DNA of 59,324 nt, filler included, from Sphacelaria rigidula (taxonomy: Eukaryota), in assembly GCA_964200075.2 (NCBI GenBank). It is 6 parts of 6 records of this genome, joined end to end, with 100 filler letters (N's around TTAATTAATTAA, not from the genome) between each part and the next. Parts side by side here need not be neighbours in the genome. Positions count along the whole stretch, not along the records: positions 39,619 to 49,421 come from CAXNAA020007725.1; positions 49,522 to 59,324 come from CAXNAA020007726.1; 4 more parts are not named here. One strand, given 5' to 3'. Of this stretch, positions 48,259-59,324 are shown piece after piece. The translations under genes were made by a program, and so were the position numbers. The notes below the pieces were generated by a model. It did not search any database and had not been told where the DNA came from. It saw only the letters and a program-made list of their open reading frames with translations. Position 1 is the first letter of the stretch, and every line of letters begins with the position of its first letter.

Positions 48259-48849
48259 AAAAAGTGCGATGCTAAGCCCAATTTCACGTATTTTTAGCTG
48301 AAACTTTACGAGGATGTGGTTGACGCGAGTGCCTGTACGTGCCGGCGCGTTGTCATGGTTATCAATTTTTGAAGGTTATAGCATTTTTCCTGTTTTTGCT
48401 GAAACTTCAACCGCGCTAATAACTAACTTCCTGTTGTTTTTTTCCCCGTGACACCCCTCAAATGGTTGCGCGGATTGACAATGGAAACGTCGTGACAAAA
48501 TTTCAGCGCCCAACTCTTCGAAATGCAAATATCATCTCCACGCTTCGTTTACATCACTGATGGCCGTCCCAGCTCGTAAAGGCAAAAAAAGCAAACATAT
48601 AAGGTGTCCCGGCTCTTCCTGATGCAAAAATCGAGCAAGCCAGTCAGAAACAAGGGACCCGTCCTTCTGCGCACATGACACACACTCTGCTCTGATGCAT
48701 TGCTTCCGGCCGTAATGTCTGTACACCATTATTCATTTTTGAAGCTAAAATCATGGCGATGCAACATGCGACCCATCCTGGATGTGACTGTATACTATAT
48801 ATGGACAAAGCCGAACTTGAACGCACAAGCAGTGCAACAGTGGTACAAT

Positions 48850-49300
48850 TGCAAGGTTGTGTTCTGTAGGCCACGGTTTTCTGTGTACCCGGGGTATTTT
48901 CCCGGGTGTTTACTATACCCGACACTTTCAAACCGGTATCCGAAAGTTCTGTAACCCTGGAAGAATTTCATACCCTTACCCGATAGTTCTGTGAGTTATG
49001 TAAGCCTCCCGTACCGTCACCACCCTTACCCGACACTTGCTGTGAGTTCTGTGCAGGGTGTATACTCGTACCCGGAGCGCGGGTATGCACTTGAAGAAAT
49101 ATCTGATTGTCGACACAGTTTTCCGTAAGCTCACTTTACCCTACTTGACAAGTTCTGTAATTTCTCTAGGACTTTCAAACCGGTACCCGACAGTTTTGTA
49201 ATTTCTGTAAGACTTTCATACCGGCACCCGATATTCCTACAAGTTCTGTAAGGAATCTCGTACCCTACAGAAAATACCTGTGCTCTACAGAATATAACCT
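48850..49300. repeat. Subrepeat-rich interspersed repeat
   Basis: Recurrent TACCCTTACCCGA / GTACCCG / AGTTCTGT(A/G) units. Confidence 0.65.
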
Positions 49301-49421
49301 TGGTACAATGCAGTACAATGCTACACAGTACAGTGCAGTCTTGTCTTCTCTCTCCCCCCCCGCTGCGTACAGACCCCCCCCCCCCCCCCCCCACCCCAGG
49401 CACCCCCCCGCTCCGCGAACA

Positions 49422-49521
49422 NNNNNNNNNNNNNNNNNNNNNNNNNNNNNNNNNNNNNNNNNNNNTTAATTAATTAANNNNNNNNNNNNNNNNNNNNNNN
49501 NNNNNNNNNNNNNNNNNNNNN
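49422..49521. other. Artificial contig spacer
   Basis: N44-TTAATTAATTAA-N44. Confidence 0.99.
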
Positions 49522-49759
49522 TCTGTGCATCCGTACATCACCTCTTTGGATACACCCATGTTATCCGAGTCAGGTGTACTCGAAATGTCAACGACAGCCT
49601 GTGTATCCTCATGACCCGTACAAGATTTCACCCTCGTGATCGATGGTACCCGAATCACGAGGACCTTTCCATGACTAGTTGCACTGTATCATTCGAATCA
49701 GGTACACAAGTGTGTTCATACTTCACCTGTAGGAGCTGGATCGCATAGGAACTGATCTG

Positions 49760-52700
49760 TCCGACGTGTGCACGGTTTACACCTAAGCCTCGATACGCGG
49801 TTTTTGGGTTTGATGCCAGGTTCATCAGTGGGAAAATCCAAATACAAACGTTTCTCGCCTACCGGACTATTGTCGGGTGCAGCATCACAGCGTCCAACCG
49901 CTAAGATTTTCCAGGGATCAGTCCAATTCAAGGATAGTTTCGACTTCAATACCTTATCCAACGACGACTTATTGGAGCTACAGTAGTGGGCGGTCCAACT
50001 ATTCCTTTTGTGGCATTTTATGATTTTTTCGTAATTGGCGATTTTCTCGGGCTCGTTTCGCTTGCCACCCCTTATCACATCGAGGATCTCAAGGTGTTTG
50101 TATCCGCTTCACATTCCGAGAAGAAAAAGTCATCTGTACTCAATATTGAGTGACTAACGGGCTGACCGGTCATCGGGGGTCCTGCCACGTTCCAGCCCAG
50201 TTTCTTACTCTTCTGTATTTTTGGTCGATCGAGTCCGTCCCGATCATATCTGTAAAAAGATGTACAGTTTTACGTTTTTAAAATTCTGCCTGCTCACTGC
50301 ACTAGGGTCGAAAAACTGTGTTTCACGGTCAATAACACCCTCCCGATGAACGGAGTATTTCCTCGTTTCGCCCAATAACACCAACTAAGAGTGACTTGGG
50401 CACTGTGTTTTGAATATAATCTGTTTTTTTGTACCAAAGTCTACCAACGCTAGCAATTTCGACTTCTATCGAAGAGTAGTACGCGAGGAGAACCCCAAAA
50501 CACCCCTAAATAGTTAGACCGCTCACTACTGTAGCCCCCTGAGTTACGGTCTTCACATCATTTTACACCCATGCCCATTGATCTACTTTTCACATCGGAT
50601 GTTTGTTGATCGCATCATCCAACAGAGGGTTTGCCCTGGCTACTTTCGCTGCATTGATTTGCTTCTGCTCGCGTACCACCTCATACGCAAGACGAAGAGG
50701 ATTACTAACAGAAATATGGTACTCCGCGATATCCCGATCTAAACTTTGATGGCCCCCGTAAGGTTTCCGTTCGAACATCGTCAGTGACAACCTGGGCATG
50801 CATAGTATGAGCCAATAAAAAATACAATGGGCACCCAGAAGGTTACTGACCGTGGCAGAACGTTTGCCGGCGAAATGCAGGCCGTGATCAGACAACAATC
50901 GTTTGGGTACACCCCATTGCGGAATGTATGTGAACACAAGGACGTTGGCTGTGCCTCCCGCACTCTCGTTGGTTTCCGAAACAGCATGCATCACCGCGTG
51001 TCGACTGAACAGGTCCGTAAACAACAAGATGTACTTGTTACCGCCATCAGAGCGAAGCAACGGACAAAAACAATCCCATGAGACTACATCACCAGGCCCG
51101 TTGGGGAATGACACGAAAATAACTGGCCATCGAACTGTTTGGAGCGAAGTTGTTCGTGCCTCACACAAAGGACAACGCCTCACCCACCAATGTTCACACT
51201 GATCAGTATAAATCCACCAATCAAAACGCTCAAGCATCTGGGAGGTCCGAGCAACTCCAAGATGTGTCGATGCTTGTGAATGACATTCATGAAGGACCCA
51301 TGGACGCAGAAGCATCGGCACATTAATTCTTGTGGGATCATCACCCAACAAACAGGCACGTTTACCGGTAGGTTTACCCACACGAAGGGGCGCTGTGGGC
51401 CGGCGAACCAAAAGAGCAACACCATCATCATCCGTACCGAGCATACCTTTTCGCGATGGTTCAATAACTTCATTCTGTGTGGGAGCTTCGTGGTTCCCAA
51501 GGGGCAAGAAGAATTCAGTTGCTGAAAAGGAGACGGGTAGCCTTCGGGTAGATAATGCATAGCCGCTCGACAAGCAGTTTTAGCTTGTTCCCTGGCCCAA
51601 TCGGCGTGGGAGAGAATGGTCAAACGATCCTCAAATACACTATCCGACGGTTTGTCCAAAATGAAGGGGTTCGTGTCACGGCGGTGTTGACTCGAATCAG
51701 GGATGTTTGGATCATGGGCGTGGGGATCAGTTAGTGTACTTTCAAGTGGAACATTGTCTTCGATTCCTACGTCGACTAGCGCATCGGGTGATGAGGCATC
51801 AGTGGGGACACCATCACCGGGGAAGGGGGGTAAAGCCGAGGCTTCGGATGTAGGAGGAAGGGGTGCCGTGGATGGAGTCGATCTTCTGGGGGTATTACGC
51901 CGCGGTGGTTGAGGGGGCGCAAGGGAAGTATCGGGCACCGGGATGGGGCTTGGCAATGGGAGGTCCGGGCAAGAGGCCGCCAGGGTGGCGACCGTTTCGG
52001 CGGCCCGCCGTCCCCGGGTTCTACTCGAGATGAGATTCCGCACTTGAACCGGGAGGACGAAGTCAGCACACGACGGTTCTACATCTGCAGCACAAACCAT
52101 ACGATGGCCAGTTACACGGAAATGATCATACCCGCTCGGGTTTGTACTAGCTCCACTCCAAACTGGACACAACGATTGTGGTGGCATACTGCATAGTACA
52201 GAAGCGTGAGCTGTAGTCGTCAGCCCATCCATGCCAAGTGACGAGTTGTTTTTCAGTGAGAGTGGTGTATAGAGTCCGCTAGACCGTTTTTGCTAATGAA
52301 GTATACAATGTCTTCGGTGGGAGCCGTAATGCGTCCGAAGGCGGAGCTGTCGATGGGTTGGGCCGGGATAGGCAAGCAAGACAGAAAACAGAATTAGCGT
52401 TTGCGTTTTGAGGTCCTGTTCGATACTTCGGCGTGAAGTTGTAAGAGGACAGGATTTCGAACCAGCGTTGAACCCGAGCGTTGTGTTCCGCCATTTGTGC
52501 GAGGTTTTCCAAAGACTTATGATCTGTATAAATCACAAAGGGAATGTCATACAAGGAATGAGGGAGGCGTCTCACTCCCCAAACAATCGCGCCGACCCCT
52601 TGCTCCATGACCGACCAGTTATCTTCGTTTGGGTAGGTGGTTCGACTCCAATATACAATGGGGCGAATACTAGCATCTGATTGTTCCTTCTCCAACGTGA

Positions 52701-53360
52701 CAAATTTGGAGGAATCTGTATCAAGTCGGAACAGACGTAAACCATTTTCAGCGGCCGACCAGTCTGGGAAAACCAAGATTGGTGGTCGCGAAAGTGTGTC
52801 AAGCAGTTGACGTACTGTTTTCTTCATTTCCGATGTAAAGCGAATTTCACTTCTTATGTTTTTGAGAAGGGAGATGAGAAGTTTGAAGGTTTGGGCTAGG
52901 TTCGGCAAATCTGTCGGTCGTAGCTCAAACCGCCGAGCAAAGGGCGCAGTTGGGGTGCATCCTGTGGCATAGGCACATCTCTAAGTGCGGTAACCTTGTT
53001 GAGATTCGGACCACGACCATCAGGAGTGATACAGTGGCCCAGGAATTCGATGCTAGTCGCTCCAACGCGGGATTTGGACGGGGCAAGTTTGAACTTGTGC
53101 TGTTCGAAGCGAGCGAAGAAAGACGCTAAGTGTTCGGCATGCTCGAAAGTGTGCTACCGTGTACTACCGCATCGTCGGGGTACACATGGCACTTGAAGAA
53201 TCCATCACTCACAAAAAACATCACACGTTAAAACGCCCCGGGGGCGCCGGCAGCACCTTGTGGTGTTACCAACCATTCGTACAGACCTGACGGTGTACAA
53301 CACGCCGTCAATTCTTTAGATTGCGCGTCCATCACAAGTTAGTGGCAAGCTGACGTACTG
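49760..53360 (-). pseudogene. Degraded Ty3/Gypsy LTR-retrotransposon pol (RT-RNase H-integrase)
   Basis: RT: TPSGLYEWLVTPQG..VYPDD..FLGH (52900-53350). RNase H: DTDSS..PIVYWSR..FVIYTDHKSL..RVQRW (52400-52800). Integrase: HHCC zinc finger HECH..HLG..CPLC and core VSWD..LFTDLFSR..LSDHG (50830-51300). C-terminal KLSLNWTDPWKIL. Gypsy domain order; stops and frameshifts throughout. Confidence 0.93.
49981..50531. mobile_element. Tc1/mariner-type MITE inserted in the Gypsy pol
   Basis: TIR CAGTAGTG(G/A)GCGGTC(C/T)AACTATT; TA duplication at 49979-49980 and 50532-50533; removing it restores the in-frame TQGASSNK. Confidence 0.88.
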
Positions 53361-55670
53361 TTTTCGTCGTGAAGGGAGGCATCATCCATGATTACAGTTC
53401 CGCTGAATGCATCCGATCCAAATTCTGGCAAGAAATCTGTGGACGAACCATGCTTGTGATTGTGAGCGGCTGCGCTCAAATACACACGCTGATGATCCTT
53501 CGGAGCAAGATTTCTGTCCGAAGGTGGGTTGGGGCACGGAGCGTCTTTTTCAATATTGGTGAATATGTCGAGTGTTGAATTTCGTTAACTGCATGGATGG
53601 AAGATGCCTGGGAACGGCAGTTGTCGTGGCCATGTACGTGGCTGGCCGCGACAACTGTTGCGCATGGTTTGAGATACCTTGGTCAGCCGCAACAAGTAGC
53701 GAAGCGTCAGCTTGCGAAGCTGGCGAAGTTACAACATTCGGTGCGGGCAAACGAGAGGACATTTCGGCAAAGAGTGAAGGTAGTTTGGCTACACTTGAGT
53801 CAATTCGCTACCCGTGTTACTTGGGGACGACATTGGTAGAATAGGGGACGAGCGGTCAAGCGTGGACGGCTCGTCGGTCACTATGCTATGTTTTCCTTGT
53901 GATGAAGACTCAGACGGGGGTTTTCATGACAAGGAGGCAAACGCCCAATTAGCAGCGAGGTATCTGACCCAAGAGATGACAACGCTATTTTAGTGGTTGC
54001 TTCTAACATAATGTGTAAGGGGTCGGCAGGGAGCAGTGTTGATATGTTCGAAATCTAGGAAACACCTGCCTGGTCGACAGAATCGCCTTCATCCAATGAA
54101 ACCTCACACCCGTTCACGACTTCGGTGGACGGGTGCGACTGCGTCATCAGGGATATCCACAGGTTTATCTGGAGGAACCCGCCGAGGGTGACGCGTATAG
54201 CGCACCAAAGGTTCGACTGCTCCGGGGGCTATTGGGAATTGGTCAAGGACAGTCCGCCCTCGGTCACGCTCGTGGCGCTCCACCGGCTCTGTGCTTGGGG
54301 TTCCTTCCCAACCCGCTGAGCGCCGGAGTGCCGGGTTCGACACGGTTGCGCTCCGTGCTCGAAAGATTATGCTCACCAAATAAAAGCGGACCGGGCACCG
54401 ACGTCATTTCGTTCGTGGGTGTAACAGGAGTCGGCTTGGCACCTAAGCATGTTTGGGGGCTGGTGTGTGGCCTTGATTTTATTATCCTACGATGAACGGT
54501 CACAGGGGTAACAGCTACCGCGACAAAAGATGTACCTGCTTCGGGGGCGGGAGGTGTTACACTACATAACTGCCGATCCCGCGAGGAGAAAGGATCCAAC
54601 TGGCTATGATCAATACCACTTGGAGGTAATACTAGGTGATCAGCTCTAGAATTAAAACACTGGGGTTGGTCATTGCGCACTTGGGAGTCATGCAAAATGC
54701 ACAGGATTCTGCTGCCATGGAACCCATCATGACAGTCTGATCGAGCCCAGTGTCCCCGCACCACAAATCTGAACCTGTGCCGTACGACATTGATTCAGTT
54801 CTGTGATGTGTGTCTACTGGCCGAGCGAAAGAAAAGGAGGGGCACTTCCAATCGTTGGTTCCCTAATGTGGGCCTGTGGCAGACATTAAAGAATGAACGC
54901 GAAGTGTATTCAAAATGGGCAGAGGACGACGGCCTAATTTTGAGGCAGTGGTACACTCTGAATCGCCCCACCGTATGCGTATTTGAAAACGCGGGGTTTG
55001 GTAATTTCCAAAACATCGTCAAGTGGCGCGTGTAGCATCAATAGAGGGAAAGAAATCCATCTGGTGGGGCTCAACCGTTGTGCGAGGTCCAATCACAAGA
55101 GGGCGTATGCCGTGTTATGATTGACCCTGTGCATACGGGTGGAAGGCACCAGAATGAGATATGGGTAGGCTTGGGCCGAAAGCCTTCGCACCTGAGCGTA
55201 AAAATACGACGGATTGCACTGTGAGTTCAGATTGCTGTGATCACTACTGTGGTTACAATATCATATCGGGGGTGGTTGCTTGAACGGCGCCAATCGCGAT
55301 GTTGAGGGCGACAGTTTTAACGCATACGCCCGTATTGTGATGATTTGGTCCAAAGAAAAATAATCTGAGTACACCGAACGCGTTTGTGAAAAGCTTCTCA
55401 CAGGTGCGCATCAAATATATGAGTACGCAATCGGCCGCGGTATGTATATACCCAGTATGTTCATGAAACCAAATGCCACAACATTGACATGTATCCCCGG
55501 ATCAAGTCAGTTTGAAGGAGGGGGTCGACGTAACGGTTCCACATCGGCGTTTTCGATAAGGTCCGTGGACGTGCTGATTTGATGTGTTGATCGCCAAATT
55601 TATGGTGCGAAAAGCCAAGGAGAGAACCGACTGGTGATCACGACGGTGGTTGGTACCGTCGCTGAAGACA
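53361..55670 (-). pseudogene. Probable degraded 5' (gag/protease-side) region of the same retroelement
   Basis: Contiguous with the RT remnant, with coding-like Pro-rich broken frames; no diagnostic motif or LTR recognised. Confidence 0.3.
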
Positions 55671-55895
55671 TGACCTAACCCTCTGACTTATTTCATATAT
55701 GATCCTTTTCAGCCAGCGAGACGCAACAGTTGAAACCCCCCGTGCTGCTGAAATTTGAATCAAGAAGGGCAAGAAAGTACGAAAACGTCATGATTCCTTC
55801 GTGCTCGTAGAAGATTGAATGCTAGAGGTTGGCTGCGGTAGATGGATTTTATTCGCCATGCAGCTTAGTGCACACCGCACATTCACCCGACCTGT

Positions 55896-56342
55896 CACCT
55901 AATTAATGAAGTGTTGGGGCGAGGTAAATGCAGAAAATTAGGAAAATATCGCAGGAACCTCAGAAGAATTAAAATTGGGTTGTATGGCACAATCTCAAAA
56001 TTGCCTGGCATAAAGTGACTGTTTTCATGCAGTACTGTACAGAGATATCGAAGGTTCAAATCATGCCGCCATGAAAAAGAAATACTGTACTCGTGAAGCA
56101 CAGTGAGCAGCGACGAAATTTAAATCATGCCGCCATGAAAAATAATCACTGTACTCGTGAAGCACAGTGAGTAGCGACGCCAACCCGCCAAGTCCACTTG
56201 CGAAGTTTTGGCAAAAATGGAAAATAGCAACTTGCGCGATTCCAGCTGCGCGTAGAAAATATCGCGACACCCGTATACATGGTGTAGCAGCTCGACTAGC
56301 AGTACTCGTCGGCAGTATCATCACTTCCGCTGCAATTAGGTG
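55896..56342. mobile_element. Inverted-repeat element (CACCTAATT termini) with an internal tandem duplication of about 63 bp
   Basis: CACCTAATTAATGAAGTG versus reverse complement CACCTAATTGCAGCGGAAGTG; 56058-56118 is repeated at 56122-56179. Confidence 0.5.
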
Positions 56343-57095
56343 AGGTGGGGGTGGGCGGGAGTGACATGCAGTACGGTGGGCAGTCAGAGTATACCAGCAA
56401 CCCAAACAGTGCCGTATCTCAAGTACAGTACAGACCATGTTGCACAAACAGTAGGACGTATTGCCCGGTGCGGTATCGTACCGTATTATTACACACGATA
56501 CAGTACCTACCGGGTGATGCAAGGCCAAATGTACGGCGTATTGAAATTAGTTTGGTGGTGAAGATGGTATAAAGTACCGGACAGCACGACGCTGCATAGT
56601 GAAGTCGAGTTAAATTACACCGTACATGATAGCTGTAGTTCGCGTACAGTATTATGTTTTGCGTGCACTGATATCGCACATTTTTTCAAGAACTCGGGAC
56701 AGTACAATCTGCCTTCCAGGAAATACATGCACCACAATGTACTACAGGCGGCAGGTGTCCTGCTCGTCAAGCGACGATCGCAAGCAAGTGCAGTGTTGTA
56801 CTATAATGCACTACAGATTGCAGTTGTCACGCTTGAGAAGCGACGATCGCAAGCTTCAGCACAATCCGAGCTGGGTATACCTTGGCCAGCACAACGGGGT
56901 GACGAGGGGATAGGTCGGGGGGTCTGGTATTCAGCATACATCTTGTGAAGTGTGGAAGATATCCAACAACACAACCCCCGAGGTCAGCATGTTGAACCAC
57001 CCTAGCTGCGCACGCATGAGAGGGCGAGGGGGTCGCGTTTGATACAGAAAACGTGATTGATCCTACCCATCACTAGTCTATGTACAATCCAACAG

Positions 57096-57756
57096 CGGGA
57101 GCGAAGCACAGGAGTCGAAACAAAAACCGAGTGTTGGGGTCTGCCGGCGTGTGTTGCAAACAATAAAGTGGCCGCAACTCGTACAAGAAAACTGCGGCAC
57201 CGAACGCCTGGAGTAAAACAAAAACGAACTGGCGTCACGCCAGTTGACAGCGCCAGAAACAACAGCAACTCGAACAAGCGATACAGAGATGAGGCCCAGC
57301 GAAGAAGCCCCATAGTGTCATGATACGGAGGATTGTCACTCAAGCTACGAATTGGCAGACAGTGTGATTGCTTGTGTCCCAGGATCAAATGCCTTATCTC
57401 ATGAGAGCAGGTGGATTGCATGTCGCAGAGTTGTCTGATCAACTCTCCTTAAAATGTCGCATGTTGTCTAGAGTCATTCGGTATATAATACAACCAGGGA
57501 GCTTGACTCACGAGTTGTTTCCTGGTGACTTGACCGCCCGAAGCAAGCAACACATGGATATGTAGCTGGATGTGTCAACCCTCAAAGATATGATTGATCA
57601 GCTCCATCCACTACACCGGCAGATCAAGTGGGGCGATGCGGCCTCCTGTCGAAACAACTGCTATCCGACCTCAAGACAGTATTCACGCAAGTCATAGCTC
57701 AAAACCTAGACGCTCTTCAACTCTTAATTCCACATCATACATGCTATCGAAAGCTG
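57096..57756 (+). CDS. Three phase-matched exons of an unknown gene; weak EF-hand-like segments downstream
   Basis: 57096-57314, 57383-57480 and 57623-57756 have AG/GT sites and consistent phases; two MDTGED segments lie at about 57965-58020. Confidence 0.4.
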
Positions 57757-59324
57757 GTACGCACATCCTTGATACAAAGGAACGTGTACCGGTGTGTAGA
57801 CTGGCTTCGGCGACAAGGATGGAGGAGGAGCGTTCGTCGACGGACGGGTGACGTCTGATTGTGCCTCCTGGACGAGAAACTTACCACAGACCAGAACCAG
57901 AGTGCATAACGAAGGAGGAAGTGTTTTATCACGAAAGGAAGCAGAGGGGGCACTGTTTGGGGATCATGGATACTGGAGAGGATGGGCAGTTGTTTTGGCC
58001 ATGGACACTGGAGAGGACAGCTGGAAGCGTCAGGAGGTCAACTTCGAAGAGGACCTTGCAGCGGAGAAGAGCAGAGCAGGCGGCAAATTTTTCTTCAGGG
58101 CGGAACATTATTGACTGTTGGGTTCTTGGTGCAGTTATTTATTGTGGATACTACGTACAGATGGCATCCCATGTTTTCATTGTTGATTATAGCACACTCT
58201 GAACAGATTCTGGTTTTTGCGGATAGCGATATGCCGTGTGTAGACTAGAGACGCTCTGTCTGTTGTGTTTCCATGACGATACTACTTGACCAGTACCCGA
58301 GGGAGGTCATAGTTCCTCGCTTTGCCTCCTGGTTACCATCAGGTTGTCCTTTTTGTTCTTCTTGTCTTGTTTGGATCTTCCTATCTACACACGTGGACAA
58401 ATAGCACCCTGTGGGGCACGTCTACAGGGTTCAGGGAAACTGTGTAGTGTTTCTCGCGGGGATTTGACTGTAGGGTATTATTTTGTGCCACACAGGACGC
58501 TTCACAGGGTTTCGTCACTTCGTGTAGTGTTCATTGCTGTTAATATGCTGTACAGCCTTGATAGCGCACATACAATATACTCCATACAGCATGGGCATGG
58601 TACTGGCAGAAAAAACGGTCGACGAAGTGGAGTGGAGAGAATTGAACTCACGATTCCATGTTCGGGAGTGCGACCGGATGCATATTGAGTAACCTGATTT
58701 GTTGTTGACAAGAGCAATATTTTGTGCTTCAAATAACTATCAAGCAAAACCTATTATTGAGTGATTTTGGTAGATTCCGAGCCACAGAGGATTTTCAATT
58801 TTGAGGCCCTGGAAGGTTCGTGTTAACATTGAAACTCCCCGGATTGTTTTTAAAGGCACAAGTGCAATGAAAATCTGGAAGTTGGACAGCCTCTGCTGTT
58901 CAAAATAAATCCTAATTCCAAATTTCGAATAGGGCAAAAGGATTCATTTTGAAGAGCGGAAGCTGTACAAATAATCCCATGTACACTATAGCAGACAGAT
59001 GGAATTAGTACACCGGAAGCTGTTTGAAATGAATCCTCATCTTGCCCGTCCATACCTGAATGGGGCAAAGAAAGAACTTGATTGCAAGCAGCTTCTGCTG
59101 TTCAAATCCCACACACTGCACGCGAGCTTTAGTTGCAGCTGAGGTTATTTTGTTATTAATACTATTTTATCCTTCACATCAGCTCGATCTCTCGAACTCG
59201 TGGTCACAGAGTGCAAGGAGCATGTCACCAATATGCCCATAAGCCAAACAGCCCGCAGAAGAAGGCAAGAAACAAAACATCTACACACAAAAAAGGCACC
59301 TACACTACGAAAGATCCGTGTGAG

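Noticed and set aside
56058..56179. CRISPR-like direct repeats
   Set aside because: Two adjacent copies of about 63 bp with no unique spacers, in a eukaryotic context with no cas genes.
58740..59230. Minus-strand frames with recurring FEQQ-like words
   Set aside because: Interrupted by stops in all frames; no supportable repeat or domain.

Overview
This is eukaryotic DNA with GT-AG introns. Its repeat types resemble those of stramenopiles, probably a brown alga (inference). It is not one locus. Five identical 100-nt spacers (N44-TTAATTAATTAA-N44) separate six contigs of 9805, 9805, 9804, 9804, 9803 and 9803 bp, so these are length-sorted contigs joined artificially, and linkage across a spacer means nothing. 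Two genes are confidently recognisable: the last two exons of MLH1 (ending LYKVFERC*) and an apparently complete Yippee/YPEL gene. Several multi-exon genes of unknown function are supported by phase-consistent splice sites. Other content is a degraded Ty3/Gypsy pol interrupted by a TA-flanked Tc1/mariner-type MITE, a tRNA-derived SINE-like head, and many palindromic PIF/Harbinger-type MITEs. I found no convincing new multi-gene system. The most interesting signals are transposon mechanisms: (i) Harbinger-type MITEs repeatedly inserted at the TTA/TAA inside the terminal repeat of one element family, forming chains, and (ii) transposon derivatives with folded-back internal coding sequence, one showing a double template-switch signature, which may be intermediates in the birth of palindromic MITEs.
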